Source: Octopus vulgaris (Eukaryota). From it: 64,000 bases of DNA. Of this stretch, positions 23,597 to 36,949 are shown one piece after another. The stretch is taken from assembly GCA_951406725.2 (NCBI GenBank), contig OX597820.1:99200001-99264000 (forward strand), given 5' to 3'. The position numbers and the translations under genes are program-made. Each line of letters opens with the position of its first letter. Positions within the stretch are counted from its first letter, which is position 1. The notes under the pieces were generated by a model. The model was not told the origin of the DNA, ran no database searches, and saw only the letters and a list, made by a program, of their open reading frames with translations.

Positions 23597-24377
23597 CAGG
23601 GCCATCTTAGCAGCGTTGTAACCCCCCCTCTCCAACCGGCAAATCCATGTCCTGGGCCCTTTAGTGTTTATCTATTGATCGTTACCTATTTCTTTACTGC
23701 CCACAAGGGGCTAAACATAGAGGGGATAAACAAGGACGGACAAACGGATTAAGTCGATTACATCGACCCCAGTACGTAACTGGTACTTAATTTATCGACC
23801 CCGAAAGGATGAAGGGCAAAGTCGACCTCGGCGGAATTTGAACTCAGAACATAATGGCAGACGAAATACGGCTACGCATTTCGCCCGGTGTGCTAACGTT
23901 TCTGCCAGCTCGCCGCCTTTTATCTATTGATCGTTACCAGCGCCGCCTTACTGGCACTTGTGTCAGTGGCACGCGGAAAAAAAAAAATTCGAGCGAGGTC
24001 GTTACCAGTGCCGCTGGAGTGGCTCCTGTGCAGGTGGCACGTAAAAAATACCATTTGAGTGTGGCCGTTGCCAGTACCGCCTGACTGGCCCTCGTGCCGG
24101 TGGTACGTAAAAAGCACCCACTACACTCTCGGAGTGGTTGGCGTTAGGAAGGGCATCCAGCTGTAGAAACTCTGCCAGATCAGATTGGATCCTGGTGCAG
24201 CCATCTGGTTCGCCAGTCCTCAGTCAAACCGTCCAACCCATGCTAGCATGGATAGCGGACGTTAAACGAGGATGATGATGATAGCAAGGCAAATTGTACA
24301 TAGATTCGACTTGGACCCCTAGACCCATGGGATCCCTGGGCTGCAGCCCAGTGTGCTTATGTCTTAAGATGGCACTG
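23597..24377. mobile_element. old hAT-like MITE carrying a nested SINE and an RTE fragment
   Basis: Termini CAGGGCCATCTTA / TAAGATGGCACTG; the TSD is degenerate. Confidence 0.5.
23687..23918 (-). mobile_element. family C SINE (tRNA-like head, conserved GCCTTTCATCCTTTCGGGGTCGATAAA central domain)
   Basis: 20-bp TSD TTTATCTATTGATCGTTACC (23667-23686 and 23919-23938). The central domain resembles Meta/Nin-type SINE cores (from memory). Confidence 0.85.
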
Positions 24378-24804
24378 AGTGTAAGATTCCTCTCCGTGTA
24401 CTATACAATGTGTTTTCTCTCTCTCTCTATTTCATGGTTACAGTATTAAACGTCAACACACACACACACACGCACGAGTACATTGAGGAACTCTACCCCT
24501 CTACAGTCCACTAACCGGTTAGAAATAACAGCTATATTACTCTATCATTCTCTGCCAATTTGAAAAAAAGAATTGGAAATATCATAAAATTACAACAGAT
24601 TTTTTTTTTAAAAACCTTCAGACTGGAACATTTTTGGTTGCATATTTGCTGCATTGGTGCTGATCTGGGGTTGGGAAGCTAAGCTACAATAACACTATGC
24701 ATAAATATGTTTATTGAAAATTTCTGTACCTGCATTCATGCAGAATGGTGTTTTAGAAAATCATACCTGTACAGATTCAGTGTTTTGGCTTTCTCTTTCT
24801 TTTT

Positions 24805-25571
24805 CTCTCTTTTACTTGTTCCAGTCATTTGACTGTGGCCATGCTGGAGCACTGCCTTTAGTCGAACAAATCGACCCCAGGACTTATTCTTTGTAAGCCT
24901 AGTAATTATTTTGTCGGTCTCTTTTTGCCAAACCGCTAAGTTACAGGGACGTAAACACACCAGCATCGGTTGTCAAGCGATGTTTGAAGGACTAACAGAT
25001 AGGCACAGGAGTGGCTGTGTGGTAAGTAGCTTGCTTACCAACCACATGGTTCAGGGTTCAATCCCACTACGTGGCACTTTGGGCAAGTGTCTTCTACTAT
25101 AGCCTCGGGCCGACCAAAGCCTTGTGAGTGGATTTGGTAGACAGAAACTGAAAGAAGCCCATCGTATATATATATATGTGCGTGTGTTTGTGTGTCTGTG
25201 TTTGTCCCCCCAACATCGCTTGACAACCGATGCTGGTGTGTTTGCATCCCCGTAACTTAGCAGTTCGGCAAAGAGAACGTTAGAATAAGTAGTGGGCTTA
25301 CAAAAAATAAGTTGTGGGGTTGATCTTCTCGACTAAAGGCGGTGCTCCAGCATGGCTGCAGTCAAATGACTGAAACAAGTAAAAGAGTAAAGAGAGATAC
25401 AAACATATACAATGGGCTTCTTTCAGTTTCCGTCTACTTAATCCACTTACAAGGCTTTGGTCAGCCTAAGGCTATAGTAGAAGACACTTGCCCAAGGTGC
25501 CACGCAGTGGGACTGAACCCGGAACCATGTGGTTGGTAAGCAAGCTACTTACCACATAGCCACTCCTGCGT
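24805..25571. mobile_element. family A SINE (+, 25001-25395) nested inverted inside a family A SINE (-)
   Basis: Minus-copy tail half at 24805-24985, plus-strand full copy, then minus-copy head half at 25400-25571. Confidence 0.8.
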
Positions 25572-25692
25572 ACAAAGGTATGAATAAAACTGGCATTCCA
25601 TCGGTTACGACTAGTGTTCCAGTTGATCCGATCAACACAACAGCTCGCTTGTGAAATTGACATGCAAGTGGCTGAGTATTCCACAGGCATGC

Positions 25693-26056
25693 TGTGCCGG
25701 TGGCACGTAAAGAGCACCATCCGTTGGTGGCCGTTTGCCAGCCTCGTCTGGCACGTAAAAAGCACCATCTGATCGTGGCCATTTGCCAGCCTCGCCTGGC
25801 GTCCGTGTCGGTGGCACGTAAAAAGCACCATCCAATCGTGGTCGTTTGCCAGCCTCGTCTGGCACCTGTGTCGGTGGCACGTAAAAAGCACTCACTACAC
25901 TCATGGAGTGGCTGGCGTTAGGAAGGGCATCCAGCTGTAGAAACGCTGCCAGATCAGACTGGGCCTGGTGCAGCCTTCTAGCTTCCCAGACCCCAGTTGA
26001 ACCATCCAACCCATGCCAGCATGGAAAGCGGACACTAAACGATGATGATGATGATG
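25693..26056 (+). mobile_element. 5'-truncated RTE 3'-UTR copy with 3-4 internal repeats
   Basis: Ends ...CGGACACTAAACGATGATGATG. Other copies at 6953-7102(-), 9622-9883(+), 23939-24281(+), 26580-26898(+), 29447-29827(+), 34824-35026(+), 37726-38112(-) and 51348-51790(-). Confidence 0.8.
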
Positions 26057-26896
26057 AACATCTTTAACATAATTCTCATGAATATTCAGCATGACATTGA
26101 ATGTGACATGGCTGGCTTCTTTGAATTACAGGTACAACTTATTTCTGCCAGCTGAGTGGATTGGAGCATAATGAAATAGTGTTTGCTTCAAGGACACAAT
26201 GGCCCTGCCAGGAATCGAGCTCATGACCTTACGAGTGTGAGCCGAATACCCTAACCACTAAGCCATACACCTTCACTAGCCCCCTTTAGCACTCGGATTA
26301 CTCATTCAAATACAATGCTTATTTATTGACATTGTTTTGAATTATTATGCATTATTTTGTAGATCTTGTAGGCTTTAATGGTGTGATTGTTTGATTTTAG
26401 AAGGACATTGTAGGGGAGGTGTAAGAGGCCAGGTCTGGCTGATTTAAATGCTAAAGAGCTAGATGTAGGTATGCAAGATGGTTAGACACACGCGCGCACA
26501 AAAAGAGGTGAGAGAAGGAGGCAGTGAGTAAAAAAAAAGCTTTGTGTACATACCCACGCATATATATATATATATGTTCATGTGCCAGTGGCATGTGAAC
26601 AAAACATTCGAGTGAGGTCGTTGTCAGTGCCACTGGACTGACTCCTGTGCAGGTGGCATGTAAAAAACACCATTTGAGTGTGGCCGTTGGCAGTACCACC
26701 AGACTGGCCCTCGTGCTGGTGGCACGTAAAAGCACCCACTACACTTTTGGAGTGGTTGACGTTAGGAAGGGCATCCAGCTGTAGAAACTCTGCCAAATAA
26801 AGACTGGAGCCTGGTGCAGCCATCTGGTTCGCCAGTCCTCATTCAAATCGTCCAACCCATGCTAGCATGGAAAGCTGGCGTTAAATGACGATGATG

Positions 26897-26928
<32 letters not shown>

Positions 26929-27312
26929 TGTTTCCTGTTTGTCCGACCTTAAGTATCCATTTATTTATCAATGGATTTATTATAACATAGTGCAAGTAGG
27001 CACCTGTAACATAATCTTCAGACATAATCAGCCTGACAGTGTATAATGATGTGGCTGGTCTTTTGAATAACGGATACACATGCCAGCTGAACGATTTAGT
27101 CTGGAAGAAGAGAACTGTGCCCATGGCTTCTGCAGATTTTCAGAAACTGATGAAATTGACATGTTTGATGTCCTTGAACAACTTCAAATGAAAGGCCACA
27201 GGAAAAATATGAGCAGAAGGGAAATTCCAGAATTGCCAAACTGGGTGAGTGGGTGGGTTGCTGAGCAAATCTGTTTGTGCATGGATTGCAGAGCAGGGGA
27301 CCCAATATGGAT

Positions 27313-27719
27313 ACTCTCTTTACTCTTTTACTTGTTTCATTCATTTGACTGTGGCCAAGCTGGAGCACCGCCTTTAATCGAGCAACTCGACCCTGGGACT
27401 TATTCTTTTGTAAGCCCAGTACTTATTTTATCGGTCTCTTTTGCCGAACCACTAAGTAACGGGGACATAAACACACCAGCATCGGTTGTCAAGCAATGCT
27501 AGGGGGACAAACACAGACACACGCACACACACACACATATATATATACATATATACGACGGGCTTCTTTCAGTTTCCGTCTACGAAATCCACTCACAAGG
27601 CTTTAGTCGGCCCGAGGCTATAGTAGAAGACACTTGCCCAAGGTGCCACGCAGTGGGACTGAACCCGGAACCATGTGGTTGGTAAACAAGCTACTTACCA
27701 CACAGCCCCTCCTGCGCCT
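27313..27719 (-). mobile_element. family A SINE
   Basis: Full-length match to the other copies. Confidence 0.88.
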
Positions 27720-28235
27720 GGATGATGAAAAAGCAGAGACAAGTGAGTCAGGTGGCTCTTAGATGAATGTGGCACAAGTTGAGTGAGTTCCAAAGGGCAA
27801 AAGCTATTAATGTAGCAACAGAGAGAAAAGAGTGAGGACATAGTATATATATGCTCCAGATGCTAGGGTGTGTTAGTGAGTGACTTCATATCAGTTTGTC
27901 AGCTGGCCTTTTGTAAAGCGGTAACAATATAATCTGTGTAGCTCCTTTATTGATGAAACAACGTTGTAAAACTGCTGATGTTGGTATAAAATAAATACCA
28001 TATGTGGGTAGAGAAATAGATTTTACTGATTAGATAAAAGTATCTAAATTGTAATAAAAACAGAATAATGATGAAGTCGGTGACAGCCTTGTGATGTAGT
28101 CGCTTATTAATTGTATGAGAAGATTAACAACTCTGGCATTTAAACCAATTGTATCTGGCCCATATATCCTACCTATTTATGTTCAGACTGGTCAGATTTG
28201 GCCCCTCACATCAATCCTACAATATCATTCACAAA

Positions 28236-28447
28236 AGGCGGTGGGCTGGCAGAAACATTAGCACGCCGGAGGAAATGCTTAGCGGTATTTTGTCTGTACT
28301 TACGTTTCAAGTTCAAATTCCGCCGAGGTCAACTTTGCCTTTCATCCTTTCGGGGTTGATAAATTAAGTACCAGTTGCATACTGGGGTCGATCTAATCGA
28401 CTGGCCCCCTCCCCCAAAATTTCAGGCCTTGTGTCTAGAGTAGAAAA
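28236..28447 (+). mobile_element. family C SINE (alternative tail)
   Basis: TSD ACAATATCATTC on both sides. Confidence 0.8.
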
Positions 28448-28477
28448 CAATATCATTCTAAAATTTAGCAATTATTT

Positions 28478-28847
28478 CGTTCTTTTACTTGTTTCAGTCA
28501 TTTGACTGCTGCCATACTGGAGCACCACCTTAAAGGGTGTTAGTCAAAGAAATCTTTGTAAGCCTAGTACTTATTCTAACCCTTTTGCTGAACCGCTAAG
28601 TTATGGAGACATTACCACACTTGCATTGGTTGTCAAGTGTTAATGGGGGTACAGACAGACACATACACACAAATATATATATATATATTTATACGATGGG
28701 CTTCTTCCAGTTTCTGTCTATCAAGTCCACTCACAAGGCTTTCATCAGTCCAAGGCTATAGTAGAAGACACTTGCCCAAGGTGCCATGCAGTGGGACTGA
28801 ACCCAGGACCATGTGGTTGGAAAGCAAGCTTCTTACCACACAGCCAT
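28478..28847 (-). mobile_element. family A SINE (diverged)
   Basis: Matches the family; nested within a piggyBac-like MITE. Confidence 0.75.
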
Positions 28848-28931
28848 AGTTATAAGATAATGCATGATTAATTCAAAACTGAATAAGTAAGCAATTCATT
28901 GATAGAATAAGCTGAATGTTAAAGGGTTTGA

Positions 28932-29252
28932 GAGCCCCTTCGGTCATGACTGACTGGGATTGCACCTAGAAAGTTACCCTCCCAGGCACAAGTCTGGGCA
29001 AGGTTGTTTATGGAAGACCAGCAGTCGCCCATGCATACTGGCCTCCCCTCTCCACACCACCAGTGTTATCCAAGGGAAAGGCAAAGGGGCCAATACAGCT
29101 TGGCACCAGTGACGTCGAAACTCATTTCTACAGCTGACTGAACTGGAGCAACGTGAAATAAAGTGTCTTGCTCAAGAACACAACACGCAGTCCGGTCCTG
29201 GATTCGAACTCACAACCTCACGATCGTAAGCTCAATGCTCTCACCACTGGCC
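28932..29252 (-). mobile_element. tRNA-headed SINE with a distinct 3' body
   Basis: The minus-strand head has CAGTGG...GAGTTCGAATCC A/B boxes and a TTCTTGAGCAAGACAC core. Confidence 0.6.
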
Positions 29253-30397
29253 CAAATATTCATCCTGTTTTATGTTCAAACTGGTTAGATCCAACCTCAT
29301 GCATCTACCCTGCAATGTCATTCAAAAAAATAAACGAGCATATTATCTTGAAGCTATGAGATAATGCAGGATTAATTCAAAGAAAGGTGAATAAATAAGC
29401 ATTACATTTGACAGTGATCTGAATGCTAAGGAGTTTAATGAAGATACCAGTGCCAGTGGCACATAAAAGAACCATCCGAACGTGGCCGTTGCCAGCGCCG
29501 CCCTGACTGGCTTCCGTGCCGGTGGCACGTAAAAAGCACCATCCAATCGTGGCCGTTTGCCAGCCTCGCGTGGCCTCCATGCCGGTGGCATGTAAAAAGC
29601 ACCATCCGATTGTGGCCGTTTGCCAGCCTCGCCTGGCTCCTGTACCGGTGGCACGTAAAAACCACCCACTACACTCACGGAGTGGTTGGCGTTAGGAAGG
29701 GCATCCAGCCGTAGAAACATTGCCAGGTAAGACTGGATCCTGGTGCAGCCTTCTGGCTTCCCAGACCCCGGTCAAACCGTCCAACCCATGCCAGCATGGA
29801 AAGCGGAGGCTAAACCATGATGATGATCAGATATCAAAGCAGAGAGCAATCAGTAGAGAAAGCAAAGAAGGAGGGTTGCAAGCTTGGAGGTGTCAGTTAT
29901 AATGTCAAATGGAAGAGAGAAGGTTTTTCAAGGTTGTGTATAGTATCAGTTTGAGATGAAAAACAGTTAACAGGCTCATTAGTGGCAGTGTTATGCACAT
30001 GGACTATTTTGCTGTTGTGCATGTGGATGGTGTTGCTGCTGCACATGCAGATGGTACTGTTGTTATGCACATGGGCAATGCTGCTGCTGTACACACAGAC
30101 ATCCTGGGTCACAACCAGAAGGTCACAAACTTTCTCTCTCTCTCTCTTACAACTTCAGTCTGTGGCCTGTCAATGTTCTGTCTCCTCCCCCCTCTATCAC
30201 CTCATGCTACCACTACAGTGGCCTATGCTCCTTGGAATTGGCTGTTCTTCTTCCACCCCACCCCACCTGACTCATTTATCTCTTACTGTTGCTCTCTTAG
30301 GCAACCACTTTTTCTCAGTCTTTCCTCTCTAGAATGTCAGCCCTCATTTTTCTTGCAGTGAACTTGAAGTTATTCAAAAGAAGGTCTTGTGCAATGA

Positions 30398-30564
30398 TAG
30401 GCGCAGGAGTGGCTGTGTGGTAAGTGGCTTGCTTACCAACCACATGGTTCCAGGCTCATTCCCACTGTGTGGCACTTTGGGCAAGTGTCTTCTACTATAG
30501 CCTCAGGCTGACCAAAGCCTTGTGAATGGATTTGGTTGACGGAAACTGAAAGAAGTCCGTCATA

Positions 30565-30614
<50 letters not shown>

Positions 30615-30846
30615 GTATGTGTGTGTATATGTTTGTCTGTCTGTGTTTGTCCCCTTCAACATCGCTTAACAACCGATGGTGGTGTGTTTACGTCCCCGTA
30701 ACTTAGTGGTTCGGCAAAAGAGACCGATAGAATAAGTACTAGGCTTCCAAAGAATAAGTCCATGGGTCGATTTGCTTGACTGAAGGCGGTGCTCCAGCAT
30801 GACCACACTCAAATGACTGAAACAAGTAAAAGAGAGTAAAAGAGAA
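30398..30846 (+). mobile_element. family A SINE
   Basis: Full length, with a short AATGAT direct repeat at the flanks. Confidence 0.88.
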
Positions 30847-31701
30847 TGATCCCCCCCATCTGATCAACCCATATTGTAAAAAAAAAAGCAAAAAAGAAAT
30901 GACAAGTGGTATAAATTGTTGTACCACATATTGTATTAAGCTTCTATAACAAATGTGTTTAGATATCAACTCCTCAGTTCTGTTTGATATATTGAATTAT
31001 TAATTTATACTATGGTATGTACTGCCTTGGGTTTAAATTCACATCATGTATTAGTGGTGATATATAGCATTGGCATGGCTATGTAATAAGAAGTTAGCTT
31101 CCCAACCACATGGTTCTGGGTTCAGTCCTACTGCATGTCACTTTGAGTAAGTAGTTTTCTACTGGGGTAGGCAGTAACTGAAAGAATCTCGTATAAGCAT
31201 GTGTGTGTGTTGTTACTATCTCCTTATCTTGTCATCTTGTAGTAATTATTGTATACAAGTGTCAATGTTATAAGCAGTGAAAGGTATCCAGTTATAGAAA
31301 ATTTACCTCTATAAATTCTGTCCAACCCACGTGAGCATGGAAAAGTGAACATTAAAACGATGATGATGATATTGTTTGTGAAGGCATGTGGTCTTAGTAG
31401 TTGGGATGTTTAGCTCAAGATCATGTAACTTGTAAGTCAGAAAAGGAATGGGGGGGGGGAGAAAAAAGCTCCCACTACCAAATGGGAAGTATATGAAACG
31501 GAACAGTGGAGGTGGGTGTGTTTTCCTTTTCCTTTTTCCCTGTTCCTTTTCTGTATTGCAAAATTATCTTGTGTCAATTGAGTGGCATTTATAAATTGAT
31601 ACCATGCCTTTTGAGTCAGTTTTATAACGATATATCATGCCTAGGGAGTTAAATTTATAAGGCCATATGAACTGAGTTATTTTTGTAAAAGTCATCATCA
31701 T

Positions 31702-32048
31702 GGCATAGCTCTGTGGTAAGAAGCTTGCTTCCCAACCCCATGGTTCCAGGTTCAGTCCCACTGCATGGCACCTTGGGCAAGTGTCTTCTATAGCCTCAGG
31801 CTGACCAAAAACCTTCTGAGTGGAGTTGGTAGTTGGAAACTGAAAGAAGCCCGTCGTGTATGTGTGTCTGTGTTTGCCCCACCATCACTGCATGACAACT
31901 GGCGTTGGTGTGTTTGCGTCTTCATAATTTAGCTTTTCGGCAAAAGAGACTGATAGAATAAGTACTGGGGTCAATTTGTTTGACTGAAACCCTTCAAGGC
32001 GGGTGCTCCAGCATGGCTGCAGTCAAATGATTGAAAGAAGTAAAAGAA
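31702..32048 (+). mobile_element. family A SINE (older subfamily)
   Basis: Head and tail match the family. Confidence 0.8.
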
Positions 32049-32173
32049 TGTATTGAGACACGTATATAAATATTTACTATGTGCATTGAATCATATTTGT
32101 AAGGATAGAGGTTGTCTTTCAAGTCTCAAGAAGTCAGTTCTGCAATTTCTTGCTGAACAGCCTGCACAAATGC

Positions 32174-32588
32174 TTTACTCTTTACTCTTTTACTTGTTTC
32201 AGTCATTTGACTGCAGCCATGCTGGAGCACTGCCTTTAGTCGAGCAAATCGAACCCATGACTTATTCCTTGTAAGCCTACTACTTATTCTATCTGTCTCT
32301 TTTGCCGAACCGCTAAGTTACGGGGACGTAAACGCACCAGCACCAGCGCCAGTTGTCAAGTGATGTTGGGGAGACAAACACAGACACACAAACACGCACA
32401 CTTATATATATATACATATACATATATACGATGGGCTTCTTTCAGTTTCTATCTACCAAATCCACTCACAAGGCTTTGGTTGACTCGAGGCTATAGTAGA
32501 AGATACTTGCCCAAGGTGCCACGTAGTGGAACTGAACCCGGAACCATGTGGTTGGTAAGCAAGCTACTTACCACACAGCCACTCCTGT
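32174..32588 (-). mobile_element. family A SINE
   Basis: Full-length match. Confidence 0.88.
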
Positions 32589-33130
32589 TTATAATTGTCA
32601 AATGTTTATACTGTACATTAGCACACTCCCTTCATCAAATTGACATTACCTGTACAGGTAGGTGCATGGCGTGCCACACTTTGAAGTGATCACAGAACAC
32701 CTTGAGATGAAGCGTTTTTGCTCAAGAACACAATGCACTGCCTGCTCCAGGAATTGAACCCATGTTCTTGCAGTTGTGAGTGCAAACGCATGAACCATTT
32801 GGCCATCCACCTTCATAATTTGTGAAGATAACGTGTGTGTTGCTGAGTCATGTTTATAAACAAATCATGTGTTTTGAGTCATGTGTATAAAGATATCACA
32901 TGCTTTGAGTCATGTTTACATTACAATATATAGACATCCTGCATTGTTTATATTTGTGTGTGTATTGAATCTAGTTTTCTGTTAAACCCTTTTGTTGTCG
33001 TATCTCTAATGAATATACTGCCTTTGTTTCAATTAGTTTTGAAATATAATGAAGAATTTAGTGAAATGGGTTAGTCATTATTAATCTGGTATTTGAAACT
33101 TAATTTAGCATGAAGTTTTGTTGGAAGATT

Positions 33131-33300
33131 TGGGAAGCCAGAAGGCTGCACCAGGCTCCAGTCTGATCTGGCAGCTGTAGAAACACTGCCAGATCAGACT
33201 GGAGCCTGGTGCAGCCTTCTGGCTTCCCAGATCCCCGGTCGAACCGTCCAACCCATGCGAGCATGGAGAATGGATGTTGAACGATGATGATGATGATGAT
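33131..33300 (+). mobile_element. RTE 3' fragment with an inverted 5' segment forming a 44-bp perfect hairpin
   Basis: 33131-33174 is the reverse complement of 33186-33229. Confidence 0.85.
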
Positions 33301-33499
33301 TTTTTTTTATCTTTTAGCTATTTCAGTTATATTAGAATATAGTACAATTGGGTACTACCTTGAAGGGTTTTATTCAAATATACTTTTTATTTTATTTTAT
33401 TTTTATTTACAAACCTGGTACTTATTCTATGAGCCTCTTTGCCAAACTGGACGTAAACAAACCAGCACTGGTTGTCAAGCAGTGTTGGAGAGGGGGCGT

Positions 33500-33539
<40 letters not shown>

Positions 33540-35319
33540 ACACATGTATAATAATTATATACAAGGAGCTTCCTTCACTTTCTATCTACCTAATCCGCTC
33601 ACAAGGCTTTGGTTGACCCTGGGCTTGTCCAAGGTGCCATGCTGTGGAACTGAACCCAGAATCATGTGGTTGGGAAAGAAATTTCTTAACTACACAGACA
33701 CACTTATCCTTTTGTTATCATGTCTCTGTTGAATAACACTGCCTTTGTTTCAATTCATTTTGAATATAATGAGGAATTTAGTAAAATAACTTAGTCATTA
33801 TCAATCTGGTAATTAAAACTTAAATTAGCATGAAATTTTGATGAAAGATTTTTATTTAGATCGCTTTACAAACAGAAAGTTTGCATGATTAGAGCTAAAC
33901 AAGGGTGGGTTGATATCAAAGGATTAAAATGATAGGCAGGGGAAAATAGAGGCCCCCTTCATTGGTAGGTTAGGTTTCTATTGGATGGCTGCCCCTTTTA
34001 TCTTTGACCATTTCATCTTTGTTGTATGTTAGCAGTTTGTTACCCTTGGCATTTAGTTTTGAGGAATCAGCCTTCATCAAGCTTGTAATCAAAGATGGTT
34101 CAGTTTTGGCCATCATGATTTTTTATTTACTGTTTTTTTCAAACACTGTAATCTTTCCAATGCATCCTTTAATTTTTAAAGATAGAAGGGAGTGGTTTGA
34201 AGGAGTTTGGCACAAGAGGGAGAGAATATAGTGACTTGAATCAACTCATGCTACGGTTAATTATTTTACTGACATAGCAAGGAAGGGAAAATAGGAAAAG
34301 CAGCTGTTACTGAGATTTGAAACCTAGAATGTAAAGAGACTTCAACTAAATTTGATATGATTATGGACAGTCAGCTGAGTGGCCAGCTGCTTGTTTTTGG
34401 TCTGTGATTGTGCCAGTAGTTGGAGATTTAACATGAAGATGGCATAGTCCACCTTGTTTCGAGCAGTGACAGAAGCACTGTTTGTGTCAGTGACCATGGT
34501 GTTTAATATTAATTTCAAATTTTCTGCACAGGGCCAGCAATTTCAGAGGAGAGGGTAAATTGATTACATTTGACCCCTCATGAATGAAATGCTGCTATGC
34601 ATTTTGCTCAAGGTATTAACGATTCTGTTAGCTGCTACTTACCAAAACTTTTAGTACTGAATTGGCACAGTCCACCTTGTTTTAAGCAGTGACAGCAGCA
34701 CTATATGTGTCAGTGGCCGAGACATTTAACATTAAAATGGCACAGTTCACTTTGCTGTTCCAAGTAGTGACTGTTTATCTAGCAAGTGAATTTATTTTTC
34801 TTAAGTTGCAATATGGATTAATCGCCTGACTGGCCCTCGTGCCAGTGGCATATAAAAGCACCCACTACACTCTTGGAGTGGTTGGCGTTAGGAAGGGCAT
34901 ACAGCTGTAGAAACTCTGCCAGATCAAGATTGGAGCCTGGTGCAGCTATCTGGTTTACCAGTCCTCATTCAAATCGTCCAACCCATGCCAGCATGGAAAG
35001 CGGACGTTAAACGATGATGATGATGATTTTCTCAGAAGGAATTTAAGTTACCACACAAGGCCTTGGTAGACAGATGATAAGGCCTCCCTGTGCCTGTGGG
35101 GATTAATAGTAAAAGTACAACATTGACTTTTTGGTACCTTTGGTTCCAAAGCCATTCCAGACTGCTGATGTTTCCAAACCAGAGATAGTCACACTCTAAA
35201 TTCAACATGGTGGCAGCCTATTGACTGAAACATGTAAAAGGTAAAAATATTAAATAATTAAATGGAATGCCGGTACCTATACATTAGTATTAATGATACA
35301 AGTTTATTAATACTGTACC

Positions 35320-35614
35320 ATCCAACCAAAATGCAAATATATGGGAAACTACCACCTGTGTCATCTCTTGTGAAAGGCATGAGAGTCCAGTTTGCTGGAC
35401 ATTGTTGTAGAGCTGAAAACAAGGCAATTTCTACTCTTCTCCTCCGGAAGCCATCTACTTGCAATACCAGAGGGCGCACACTCCCCTACCCTGATGTAAT
35501 CTCCAGGGATACAGGCATCCAACAACAGGATCTCCGTAATGCTATGATGGACCGTGAAGTCTGGCGTAGCATGGTAAATTCCATTGTCTCGACCACGGTC
35601 GAACAATGATGATG
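35320..35614 (+). mobile_element. 5'-truncated RTE/RTEX-type LINE 3' fragment (a second family)
   Basis: ...RVQFAGHCCRAE...LLLRKP...RGRTLPYPDVISRDTG...MMDREVWRS..* followed by TGATGATG. 11-bp TSD AATACTGTACC at 35309-35319 and 35615-35625. Confidence 0.85.
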
Positions 35615-35984
35615 AATACTGTACCGTGCAAAGTACTAGTCTGTGCACGGTACCACTAAACTAGCTTTGCAGCTGTGAAAATTTGTAAGTTACTGTGCAT
35701 AAATTGGAGTGGATTACAAGAGATTCCAAACCATCAGTGCCTGGAAAGTCGGTTCTTGTATCTGTATCAAAATAAAAAATGGTAATAGATGGCTGAGGGT
35801 GTCATGAAAAGTCTTCTTTAGTGGTTCCTTTGTTGGTTTGAGGAATAAATAATTTCATAGATCACAGTTTTAGGGACCAGCTCTCAGAAATTTGTTGTCT
35901 TTTATTAATCTGGCTTTTACCCCTTCATTCATTCAGGTTTGCTTTATAATCATTTGTTTTATGTATGCACTTTCTTATTCATGC

Positions 35985-36051
<67 letters not shown>

Positions 36052-36728
36052 TCCCCATCTTTCTGTATTTCATCCCTCCTCTCTCATTTAATTCTCTGCT
36101 TTTTTTCCTTAAGTGTGTCTTACCTTTATTCCATTATTGTCCCCATTTTATTCCATTCTGTCTTTATTCATTTATTCAGTCTTCATTCCATTCTTTCATT
36201 CCATTCTGTATTCTACCCATTCATCCGCTTAGTCTTTATTCCATCCATTCATTCCACTCTTTATTCATTCATTCATTCATTCACTCAATCCTTTATTCCA
36301 TTCATCCACTCAGTCTTCATTCCTTTCACAATGTCTTTCAGTCATTCATATCTATATAAGCCAAACTGGAGAAATATTCCAGTCTGTGAGTTCAACATAA
36401 GTACTAACAAATGTTTTGTATGTTATTTCTCCCACACAGAACTACATTTCATAGCTTCTAAGGCATAAAACAGAGCAGGTTATTTTGGGTAATATTCAAA
36501 TAATTCTTTACTATTTCTCTTCTTGTGGTTTCACAAGCTACACTAACATACTATTGAGTATTGTTACAGAGTAGGGTATTGGGAGGGGACAATATGTGGT
36601 TGCTCGACCTGCTAGAAATACCTGCTAAATCTCCCATAAATCACCATATTATTTAAAAAGAGAAAGGATACATGTGTGAATGTGTGTGTGTCCATCGAGG
36701 ATGTAGTCTTGAATACAATGTACCTTAA

Positions 36729-36949
36729 CTCTTTCATTACTGTATTTATTTTGAGATGTTCAGTGTTTCTTTCAGTTACTTCAAATATAACAAAGAATTT
36801 AGTAAAATAACTTAGTTATCATTCAGCTAGTGTTAGGAACATAAATTGTGACTAAGGTTTGGTGGAAGATTTTTAATTCAAAACTTATGAAAATAAGACA
36901 TTTGTACTCAGAGCCAGAGCCGGTTTCAGCCAGGTTGGTAATGAAAGGG
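36729..36949. mobile_element. piggyBac-like MITE (second family)
   Basis: TTAA|CTCTTTCATTAC ... GTAATGAAAGGG|TTAA. Related copies at ~32985-33130 and ~33705-33927. Confidence 0.75.

Noticed and set aside
27080-27244. Short ORF MPAERFSLEEE...PELPNW ending at a good G|GTGAGT donor
   Set aside because: No recognisable homology and only a weak acceptor. It could be a cryptic UTR exon, but this cannot be supported without RNA data.
29980-30100. Degenerate 21-24-bp GCACATG repeats giving M/V/H-rich ORFs
   Set aside because: Decayed minisatellite with no splice signals or homology.
35621-35665. Hairpin GTACCGTGCA/TGCACGGTAC followed by CTAG (Helitron 3'-end-like)
   Set aside because: It is not followed by T, no 5' TC end or second copy is identifiable, and the loop is atypically long.
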